Part shown: positions 50,994-60,979 of the stretch, piece by piece
Position numbering within the stretch: position 1 is the first letter of the stretch
Layout: every line of letters begins with the position of its first letter
Assembly: GCF_963921235.1 (NCBI RefSeq)
Contig: NC_086097.1
Location: 70,124,001 to 70,188,000 of the forward strand
DNA: 64,000 bases
DNA from: Mobula hypostoma
Lineage: Eukaryota
Direction of reading: 5' to 3'
Notes under the pieces: generated by a model
Database searches by the model: none
Seen by the model: only the letters and a program-made list of their open reading frames with translations
Told to the model about the DNA's origin: nothing
Program-made: the position numbers and the translations under genes

Positions 50994-52040
50994 GTCCTTA
51001 GTGGAAACTTTTACAAGAAGTAAGAGAGTTGCCACCTGGTCTCAGCTAGGTACAGGTCAATCCGCCACAGTAAAACAGCACCCCCTTTGTCTGCGGGTTT
51101 GAAGTAAAGGTTGGGATTGGTGCGGAGAGAGTGGAGAGTTCAGAGGGGGTAAGGTTTGAGGAGGGCTGAAGTCGAGTCGGTCGATGTCTCATTGCCAACT
51201 GGAGATGAAAAGATGCACCCAGAGTGGGGTGTCCAAGAAGAGAAGGATGGTTGGATACAGAAGAAAGGGGTCATTAAAACGGGGTGGGAAATTTTTGCCA
51301 AAGAACTGGGCTTGGAAACAGAGGCCACAGAGGAAGAGCTCGGCATTGCGATGGGTGCAAAATTCACTGAGGTGCAAGTGAAGGGAGACAAAGTTAAGGC
51401 CCTTGCTCAGAGAGGGGAAGTCAGAGTGAATGGTGAAGACATGATGGAGATAGAACTGGGATCAGAGGGGGAAGAGAGTCGGTGGCGTCAGAAGAAGGGG
51501 AAGGGATGGGGTGTTCAGGAAATGCAGTGTGGGTTGAAGATGGAGCCTTTAAGGACCCAACAGGTAGTTGGCAACTTGGGAGACCCAGGATTGGAGAATG
51601 GTGTGGGGAAAAGGAGCCTGAAGGCCCAGTAGCAATAAGAATGGTCTCAGCCCAGAGGTGGTAGGGGCCAAGGTTGGGGCTGGAGCTAGAAGCGGCGTAA
51701 TTCGCAGTCTGAAGGCATTCTGGATTGTTGAAACTGGATTTTGCAATGGTGGGATCCACGATCTGGATCTGAGGTCCACCAAGCAGGAGATGATGGGTGG
51801 GGGGGGGGGGGTCCACTGTAACCGCAGTTTGGAGATAGCAGGATCAGCTGTCTGAAGACACTTGATCGAGTTGATGTCCGAGCAGGAGGTGGGAGGGGCC
51901 GCAGTCTGGAGACAGGTGATCTTTTGATCCTTCTTGGACATGAGGAGTTGTGGATCCGGTGAAGGATGAAATATCAGAGAAGTCCATGACAGGTGGTGCA
52001 GAAAGAGGCCTGGAGCTGTGGCAGAGACTGAGATAGGGCC

Positions 52041-52871
52041 CAGTGGCATGCAAAGGTTTGGGCACCCCTGGTCAGAATTTCTGTTACTGTGAATAGATAA
52101 GTGAGTAAAAGATGAACTGATTTCCAAAAGGCCTTTTCTCCAAAAGGGTGCAGAATTTCATGAAAAGAAATCCTCTCCAACTGTTAAGCGCAGGGGTGGA
52201 TTGATCATGATTTGGGCTTGTGTTGCAGCCAGTGGCACGGGGAGCATTTACTGGTAGAGGGAAGAATGAATTCAATTAAATACCAGCAAATACTGGAAGC
52301 AAACATCACACTGTCTGTAAAAAAGCCGAAGATGAAAAGAGGATGAATTCTACAACAGGATAATGAACCCAAACACACCTCAAACTCCACAATGGACTAC
52401 CTCAAGAGGCGCAAGCTGAAGGTTTTGCCATGGCGCTCACAGTCCCCTGACCTAATCATCATCGAGAATCTGTGGCTAGACCTCAAAAGAGCAGTGCATG
52501 CAAGATGGCCCAAGAATTTCACAGAACTAGAAGCCTTTTGCAAGGAAGAATGGGTGAAAATCCCCCAAACAAGAATTGAAAGACTCTTAGCTGGCTACAA
52601 AAAGCATTTACAAGCTGTGATACTTGCCAAAGAGGGTGTTACTAAGTACAGCCATGCAAGGTGCCCAAACTTTTGCTTTGGGCTCTTTTCCTTTTTTGTT
52701 ATTCTGAAACTGTAAAAGATGGAAATAAAAAAAGTTTTCTTGCTTAAAATATTGAAGAAATGTGTCATCTTTAACTTTATGCCTTTTGGAAATCAGTTCA
52801 TCTTCTACTCGCTTAGCTATTCACAGTAACAGGAATTTTGACCAGGGTGCCCAAACTTTTGCATGCCACTG
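52041..52871 (+). mobile_element. Internally deleted Tc1 (TIRs plus the C-terminal half of the DDE domain) nested in the Penelope element
   Basis: ~90-bp TIRs cagtggcatgcaaa... / ...tttgcatgccactg|ta; QQDNEPKHTS, SQSPDLIIIENLW, AKEGVTKY. Confidence 0.9.
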
Positions 52872-53358
52872 TATCTACACATGGCGGAGAGGGTAGCACG
52901 CAGAATTCAAAGGGAAAAGTGGCAAGAGAAGCAGTCCATTGAATATAAGTACCTGGAATCCTTGGTGGGTCCAAATTGAAAATGGAGCAGGAGGCCCTGT
53001 GGAACAAGATGGCAGCAGAGACAAGTTCCCAGTAAAGATACGTGGCTGTGGTAGTGAGTCTGGGTGATTACATGGTCCAAGAGTTGGCAGACAGCAAAGA
53101 TCACAGAGGGGAAGCAGTGAGAGAGGGTCTCACTAAACTCCCATCAAAGAGAAGATTTAGACTTCTTCAGGGTAGGCATACCCTGAAGATACTTCGCAGT
53201 GGAGCAGCAAATCATAAAGAGAGATTCTGCAATTGCTGGAAATCCAGAGCAACACACACAAAATGCTGGAGGAACTCAGTAGGTCAGGCAGCATTTATGT
53301 CTTGTCCTCCTTCCCTTCCCCCCAACCTTTCTATTCTGGTGTCTTCCCCCTTACTTTC

Positions 53359-53396
53359 CAGTCCTGATGACAGGTCCCAGCCCGAAATGTTGACAG
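53359..53396 (+). ncRNA. Hammerhead motif in the inverted pLTR (core boxes retained, stem II weakened)
   Basis: cagtc-CTGATGA-caggtcccagccc-GAAAT-GTT-gacag. Confidence 0.6.
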
Positions 53397-53881
53397 TTTA
53401 TTCATTTCCATAGATGTTGCCTGATCTGCTGAGTTTCTCCCACATTTTGCATGCGTTGCTCTGGATTTCCAGCATCTGAAGAATGTCTCGTGTTTATAAT
53501 CAAAACAGGGACCGGGCAAATTCATTCAACAGTTCCAATATCATTGCTAGGTTTCGAAGTAGAATTATTCTCGCACGTAACTATTCTTGACAGTCATGCA
53601 TAGATTTCAAGGGATACAGTAATTGAAAACTGCAGCAAGGTTGGTAAAATCGCAAACTAATCCGCTGAAGTGTGGCTGTAATTTTGTATGAAGATGAAAG
53701 AATTCAAAAGTAAGCATTAAATTTTAATCCTGCACAAATACTTTAACTCAGCTACTTCCCCTGCAGATAAGATTTACGGTAAAAGCAGTGAAGTAGGTGC
53801 AGTGTAATTGTTTATAAATGTTCCCAAGATGAAGGCAATACAGATAATTTGAAAGTTTGAATTCATTTTGCAGAGCAATTT

Positions 53882-53930
53882 TGTGTGTGTGTGTGTGTGT
53901 GTGTGTATACGTACGTATACGTACACACAC
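53882..53930. repeat. Alternating purine-pyrimidine tract: (TG)n, a 16-bp palindrome, (AC)n
   Basis: gtatacgtacgtatac (53905-53920) is a perfect palindrome. Confidence 0.9.
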
Positions 53931-54538
53931 CTGCGCTTTCATTATTGTGGAGAGCTATCATCAATTTAAATTTTCATTATCTGTGGAATTTCAGTGTTTT
54001 AGATCAAAAGAAGGGTTAGAAAAACCACTGCAGGTAGTGCTCTCAATGAATAATTCCACATCTTACACAGTAATCTTAGTATTTTAGAAGAGAAATAGGT
54101 TGTTGAAAAAGGTACTAAAGGATATGAACAGCATTGAGAATAAACTAGAAACAAGCTAATGACAGATAAATGAGCCATCTGGCCTATCTTTATACTTTAA
54201 TTTGCTCTCTGCTAAACATGTATGTCTTGAGTGTTTCATTTATTTAGCACAAACAGATGTCAACTAATTACAGATAAAAATAGAATATACTGGGAGGTAC
54301 TCATTAGCTCAGGCAGCATCTGTGGAGAGGGAAACAAATTTGTGTTTCAGGTCAATAGGTCATTACTGACCTCCTGCTTATCTGCAGCATCTTAGATCTC
54401 CAGCATTGGCTTTATTTTAGGCTTCTCAGTCATCAAATTACTCGTAGATTCAATATTTTCAGAACAGAATATTTTAGCTGCTTCTCGCTGTGCTTCAGAA
54501 GAATAGCAGCAGCATTATTCTGTAGTAACAGCATGTAC

Positions 54539-54601
54539 CTTATTGGTTTTGGTCCACTGCCTCCAAAGTTAGCAGGAGTTGATGCCATTTTGGTAAATGC
54601 T
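54539..54601 (-). CDS. SCFD1: SCFD1 coding exon (63 nt): AFTKMASTPANFGGSGPKPI(S)
   Basis: ttcattgcAG|a gca ttt...ata ag|GTacat. Phase 2 in and out. Resembles SCFD1 KAFTKMAS...KPMG. Confidence 0.92.
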
Positions 54602-55139
54602 CTGCAATGAAAGTAAATAATCAAAGTGAATCTAAGAGTAAGAAAATATTTTTCCCTCAATCTCCCCAAAATTGTAGATTTATGAAATGTAGTTTGAGAA
54701 GATAAAACTTGAGAAGATTTATCAAAGCTGCACAATTATATTAGGGATGAGAGGAAGCCTCAATTTTAACCAAGGCAACTTCAGATCAATTGGACTTTTC
54801 ACTGGCCGGTGACTTGATTCCTTGGTGAGACTTACTAAAGGAGCTCAATGTAGTCTTTGTCATTCTTACAATATGATCAAAACCTTCAAAAAAACTAAAA
54901 GATTGCACCATTATTTTTATCTTTTCATGTGAATAGAGACCAGTAATTACTTTAAGTGGGTTTCATATGTTTTACTCCACAACTAATATTCAAGTGCAAT
55001 CAATAGGAAATTTGTCAATTCCTTGCCTTTTTGGTTTGGTGATAGGTAAACCATAATTATCTTTTAGATTTTCAATAGTCAGGCAAGTTTTCTTTCCCAT
55101 TCTGCTAACATGATGACAGCTTCTTCATATTCAGGTTGC

Positions 55140-56830
55140 AAAACTTTCAGAGGGTAAGCATTCTGGAGACAGTGACCACAACTTCCTCATCTTGGATAGG
55201 GATATGGAAAAGTATTTCATTGGTAGAGGGTGAATTCTGATGCTATCAAGCAGCACTTGGGACCATAAAATGGGAAAGATATACTCAGAGAAATGCACAA
55301 TGGAAATCTGTAGGTTGTATAGGGGCACTTTCTTGGGGTTCTTGATTGGTTTGGCCCATTGAGGCAGGGAAAGGAGCCATGGCTGACAAGAGACATGGAA
55401 CACTTAGTCAAGAGGAAGAAAGAAACATATATAAGGTTTAGGAAGCAAGGATCAGATAGGGCTCTTGAGAGTTATAACATAGCCAGGAAGGAGCTTAAGA
55501 AAGCTAGAAGGGGACATGAGAAGGCTTTGGTGAATTGGCTTAAGGAAAACCTCAAGGCATTCTATACGTATGCAAAGAACAGGATGATGACTAGAGTGAG
55601 GGTAGGATAAAAGAGGAAACTGTTCCTGGAGTTGGAGGAGGTAGGGGAGATCATTACTGAATACTTTGCTTCAGTATTCAGCAGTGAGAGGGAACTTGAT
55701 GAATGTGAGGACAATTTAGAGCAGGGTAATGTGCTTGAACATGTCAACATTAAAAAAAGAGGATGTGCTAGAATGTTTGAAAAACATTAGGATAGGGAAG
55801 TCCCTGGGGCCGGATAGGAAATATCCCAACTTACGATGTGAAACATGGGAAGAGATTACTGCACTTTCATGTCCTCACTGATCACAGAAGTTGTAATAGA
55901 AGATTGGAGGGTGGCAAATGTTATTTATTAGCTCTGCAGAGATCTGTCTGGGGCCTCTGCTCTTTGTGATTTTTTTTTAAATGACTTGGATGAGGAAGTA
56001 GGAGGATGGGTTAGTAAGTTTGCAGATGACATGAAGTTTGGTGGTGGTGTGGATAGTGTAGTGTAGTGTAGGTTTGGGGCATTGATAAGATGCAGAGTTG
56101 GGCTGAGAAGTGGCAGATGGTGTTCAATATGGAAAAGTGAGAAGTGATATGCTTTAGAACGCTGAACTACAGTTCAAGGTTAATGGCAAGACTCCTAGCA
56201 GTGTGGAAGAACAGAAGGATCTTGGGCTGGGGGGGCATATATAGATCTCTCAAAGTTGCTGCACAAGGGATTCAAGAATTGTGATGTAATGTTGCAGATC
56301 TATGAATCTCCAGTAAAACCACACTGAACATATGCGTTCAGTTCTCGTCACCTCATTATAGGAGGGATGTTGAAGCTTTAGATAGGGTACAGAGGAGATT
56401 CACCAGTATGCTGCTTGGATTATCAGCACGTCTTATGAGAAAAGGTTGAACGAAGGAGGACGAGAGGTGACTTGATAGAGGTGTAAAGGATGATAAGTGA
56501 CATTCACAGAGTGGAGAGCCAGTGCCTTATTCTCAAAGTGGGAATGGCTAATCCACGAAGACATAATTTTAAAGTGATTGGAGGACAGTACAGCGGGAGA
56601 GATGTCAGAAGTAGCTTTTTACACAGAGAGTGGTAGGTGAATGAAATGTGCTGCAAGGGGTGGTGGTAACAGCGGATATATTAGGGACACATAAGAGACC
56701 CTTACATGGATGAACGAAAATGGAGGATTATATGGGAGTAAAGTGTTACATTAATCCTAAAGTAGGTTAAAAGGTCAGCACAACATTGTGAACCAAAGGG
56801 CCTGCACTGTGCTGTACTGTTCTAGGTTCT
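55140..56830 (+). mobile_element. Degenerate CR1 ORF2 with internal deletions, and its 3' tail
   Basis: GDSDHN, KEPWLTRD, KENLKAFYTY, KSLGPD, VSKFADD, EKWQMVFN, RGDLIEV; tail gtgctgtactgttctaggttcta. Confidence 0.85.
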
Positions 56831-57238
56831 AAATTATTAAAGCTACTGTCCTTCTCCATCTATGTATAAAATATGTTTCCAAAAACATTTCTCTGTTTGC
56901 CAAACATGGAATGTGTCTTTGAGGTTCTTTAGCTGGTTTGCTCTTTGCTGGTATTATTAATATTACTATATATATTTGAAACTCTTAAACTCAATTGGTG
57001 CTTTATTTTCCAGAAGCCTGAGTTTCAGATTCAACATTTCATTTGCCAACTGGTTTTCAATTCTGACATCAACAATCAGACAATTTTTATAAGCAAATGG
57101 ATGAATATGTTTTTAAAATGTTTTAACTCATCCACTTCCACTATTTTGTGTTTTGCTTTGTGGTCTTTAGTCATTTGCTGTCCACTAAGTTTTTGTTCCC
57201 TTGACAACAAAATTATTGCCAGTGTTGATCTTACTTAC

Positions 57239-57318
57239 TTCCATCGTTTGATGTAATTTAAAGGAGCCAAATTACATCCAGCGTCAGTCAGCGCTTTTTT
57301 ATATTGCTCTAGGTCAAC
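57239..57318 (-). CDS. SCFD1: SCFD1 coding exon (1st in window, 80 nt): VDLEQYKKALTDAGCNLAPLNYIKRW(K)
   Basis: Minus strand ccaacAG|gtt...tgg aa|GTaagt. Peptide matches my recollection of vertebrate SCFD1 (ADLEQYKKALTDAGCNLNPLQYIKQWK). Ends in phase 2, compatible with the next exon. Confidence 0.95.
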
Positions 57319-57559
57319 CTGTTGGTATAAATAACGTTACTTAGAACACAAAGAACAATGAACTTCAGAGTTCCAAATTCATTGCAGATTTGCTTTATAA
57401 AATAAGCTTTGCTAGGATCTTGGAACGTGAAGGGATATTGAAGGAAATAAAAGTTGAAATTTTCCAGTTACACTTAACAAAGGCTATATTAAGTTATGTG
57501 ATGAAACAAAGAATGCACAGAAGAACATGAAGGAATTAAGATCAATTTGCCCTTGAATC

Positions 57560-58720
57560 CACACTCACAACACGCTGGAGGAACTCAGCAGGTCGGGCAG
57601 CATCCGTGGACACCATCAGACGACGTTTTGGGCTGGAACCCTTCGTCAGGACTGTAGGGGGAAGGGCAGAGACCCTATAAAGAAGGCGGGGGGAGGGTGG
57701 GAAGGAGAAGGGTAGGTTCCAGGAGAAAGATAAAGGGGTGGGGGAGGGGAAGCAGGGAGGTGATAGGCAGGAAAGGTGAAGAAAGAATAGGGGAAAACAC
57801 AATGGGTAGTGGAAGGAGGCAGAACCATGAGGGAGGTGGTAGGCAGCTGGGGGAGGGGGCAGAGTGACATAGGGATAGGGGAAGGGAGGGGGAGGGAATT
57901 ACCGGAAGTTGGAGAATTCTATGTTCATACCAAGGGGCTGGAGACTACCTAGATGGTATATGAGGTGTTGCTCCTCCAACCTGAGTTTAGCCTCATCATG
58001 GCAGCAGAGGAGGCCATGTATGGACATATCTAATGGGAGTGGGAAGCAGAGTTGAAGTGGGTGGCTACTGGGAGATCCTGTCTGTTTTGGTGGACGGAGC
58101 AGAGGTGCTCAATGAAGCGGTCCCCCAGTCTGCGTCCAGTTTCACCGATGTAGAGGAGGCCGCATCGGGAGCACCGGATGCAATAGGTGACCCCAACAGA
58201 CTCACAAGCAAAGTATTGCCTCACTTGGAAGTACTGTTTGGGGCCCTGAATGGTGGCAAGAGAGGAGGTGTAGGGACAGGTGTAGCACTTGTGCTTACAG
58301 GGATAAGTGCCAGGTGGGAGATCCGTGGAGAGGGACGTGTGGACCAGGGAGTCGCGGAGGGACCGATCCCTGCGGAAGGCGGAGAGGGGTGGAGAGGGAA
58401 AGGTGTGCTTAGTGGTGGGGTCCTGTTGAAGGTGGCGGAAGTTGCAGAGGATAATGTGTTGGATCCGTAGGCTAGTGGGGTGGTAGGTGAGGGCAAGGGG
58501 AACTCTGTCCCTGTTGTGGTGGCGGGAGGGTGGGGTGAGAGCCAAAGTGTGGGAAATGGAGGAGATGGGGGTGAGGGCATCATTAATGACAGCAGAAGGG
58601 AAACCACGATCCTTAAAGAAAGAGGACATTTGAGATGTCCTGGAACGGAAAACCTCATCCTCGGAGCAGATGGTCACTATTCCCAGTTCCTCCGTCTCCG
58701 CCGCATCTGCTCCGAGGATG
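57560..58720 (-). mobile_element. 5'-truncated Penelope-like element (GIY-YIG plus pLTR) with a short 5' inversion; degenerate hammerhead at 57617-57654
   Basis: FFKDRGFP, RVPLALTYHP, VTYCIRCSRCGLLYIGETGRRLGDRFIEH, LEEQHLI...LQPLGMN; catcctcggagcagatg (58656-58672) is inverted at 58704-58720. Confidence 0.9.
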
Positions 58721-58722
58721 CT

Positions 58723-59790
58723 CCTATCCGTCTCCAATGCTATGGTAAAGGAGATAGAATTATGATCACTATCTCCAGCATGCTCTCCCACTGAGATATA
58801 TGACACCTGACCAGGTTCATTTCCCAATACCAGATCAAGTACAGCCTCTCCTCTTATAGGCTTATCTACATATTGTGTCAGAAAACCTTCCTGAACACAC
58901 CTAACAAACTCCACCCCATATAAACCCCTTACTCCAGGGAGATGCCAATCAATATTGGGGAAATTAAATACTCCCATCACGACAACCTTGCTATTATTGC
59001 ACTGTTCCAGAATCTGTCTCCCTATCTTCTCCTCGATGTCCCTGTTACTATTGGGTGGTCTATAAAAAACACCCAGTAGAGTTATTGATTCCTTCCTGTT
59101 TCTAATTTCCATTCAGAAACTCAGTAGACAATCCCTCCCTGACTTCCTCCTTTTCTGCAGCTATGACACTATCTCTGATCAGCAGTGCCATGCCCCCACC
59201 CCTTTTGCCTCCCTCCCTCCCTGTCCTTTCTGAAACATCTAAAGCCTGGCACTCTAAGTAGCTATTCTTGCCCCAGAGCCATCCAAGTCTCTGTAACGGC
59301 CACAACATCATATCTCCAAGTACTGATCCACGCTCTAAGCTCATCCACTTTGTTCATGATATTCCTTGCATTAAAACAGACACATCTCAAACCATCAGTC
59401 TAAGCGCATCCCTTCTCTCTCACCTGCCTATCCTCCCTCTCACACTGCCTACAAGCTTTCTCTATTTGTGAACCAACCGCCCCTTCCCCCGTCTCTTCAG
59501 TTCAGTTCCCACCCCACATCAATTCCAGTTTAAACTCTCCGCAATAGCCCAAGTGTAACCCATTCTTATTGTACAGGTCACACCTGCTCGAAAAGAGGCC
59601 CCAGCGATCCAGATATCTGAATCCCTGCCCCCTGCTCCAAAACCTCAGCCACGCATTTATCCTTTACCTCACTCCATTCTTCTACTCACTGTCGCGTGGC
59701 ACAGGCAGTAATTACTACCCTTGTGGTAATTACTAACCGAGATTACTACCCTTGTGGTCCTGCTTCCCTGCTTGTTTCCTAACTCACTGT
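58723..59790 (-). mobile_element. CR1 ORF1 end and APE endonuclease region
   Basis: CFNARNIMNKVDEL, VAVTETW, GVFYRPPN, GVFNFPNIDW, LDLVLGNE, DSDHN. Confidence 0.88.
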
Positions 59791-60154
59791 AGTCTGTTCT
59801 GTGTGGACTAGTGTACACAGGGAACTAGTGTACTAATTTGGAAACTCACTATGTGGTTTTCCTGATCAGTAGAAAACAAACTCAGACTGGGATAACCACT
59901 TTGCAGAGTACCTTACAAGAGTGATCCTGAGCTACTGGTTGCCTGTCACCTTAAATCCCATCTGACTCTAGTTTTTCCTGTCTCAGAACCATTACACTGT
60001 TAAATCAAGGCACAATGTAAACCTGAGGAACAACACTACATCTCTGTTGCAGTATATTGCCAAACTATCAAATTCCTTATATTTAGGTAATTTACTTTTT
60101 GTTTTTATGTCAAAATTTAGGTAATCCAATTTTTCTTTCTGATTACCCGTATTA

Positions 60155-60735
60155 CACATAGAAACATGATATACAAGAGATGTTGCAGTTGTACAAGATG
60201 CTGGCGAGACTGCATCTGGAATATAATGTGCAGTTCTGATCACTGTACTACATGAAGGACACAATTAAGCTAGAATGGGTCCAGAAAAGATTCACAAGAA
60301 TGTTGCTGGGATTGGGGAGCTTAAGTTATAAGAGTCTAGAGAGGTTGGAACTGCTTACCCTGGTGTGAAGGAGGATGAGGGATGACCCTGAAGAGATTTA
60401 CGAAATCATTCAAGACACAGATAAGATGGATGGTCACAGACTATTTTTCAGCACAGAGGAATCAAAAACCAGAGGGTATAGATTTAAAGTGAATGGCCAA
60501 AGATTCAAACGAGACCTAGAGTAAGTTTTTCTGCACAAGAGGGTGGTGACATTGAACAAGCTTCCAAAGGAGATGGTAGAGGTGAGTATAATTACAACAG
60601 TTAAAAGATATTTGGATAGCTTAATGGGTAGGATCATTTAGAAGGATATGGGACTACCTTGGCAAGACACCTTTATTGGCCCAGACAAGTTGGGCTGAAT
60701 GGCCTGTTTCTATGCTGTATAACTCTATGATTCTA
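60155..60735 (+). mobile_element. CR1 3' fragment
   Basis: LQLYKMLARLHLEYNVQF, LEWVQKRFTRMLLGL; tail gggctgaatggcctgtttctatgctgtataactctatgattcta. Confidence 0.8.
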
Positions 60736-60979
60736 ATTATATCACCCATTAATTCATTACCATTTGCCCTTTCAAAGACATTCTCTTTGTTCTACCCGCT
60801 CTTCCACCAGCTACGCTTCTATGGAAAACTAACTTGCTGTTCTCTTTTTCTCATTCTGATAAAGGGTCATTTACCTGAACCGTTTCTCTTTCTACACATG
60901 GTACCCGACTCATTGACTGTTTCCACCATTTTTTGTTTTTTATTTCAGATTTCTGGCATCTGCAGTTTTTTGATTTTGC

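Larger units (their letters stand above)
49110..53497 (-). mobile_element. Near full-length degenerate Penelope-like element with a direct and an inverted pLTR at its 5' end; two DNA transposons nested inside
   Basis: Minus-strand LSKGLNFV, FKPADKGGAV (~51075-51102), GVAMG...YICLFIGY, HYINDYIG, FTCESGGIVYCVRCSRCG; 53211-53298 and 53409-53497 form an inverted pair. Confidence 0.8.

Noticed and set aside
51156..51632. 158-aa Glu/Gly-rich plus-strand ORF
   Set aside because: Antisense shadow of the pyrimidine-rich Penelope coding strand.
54433..54735. 100-aa minus-strand ORF
   Set aside because: Only 54539-54601 is the SCFD1 exon; the rest is intron read-through.
16455..60975. Further very degenerate pLTR remnants (~16455-16545, 18365-18600, 24990-25050, 31690-31780, 46320-46450, 54270-54420, 60850-60975) as additional hammerheads
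   Set aside because: The core boxes are too decayed to call; not counted.
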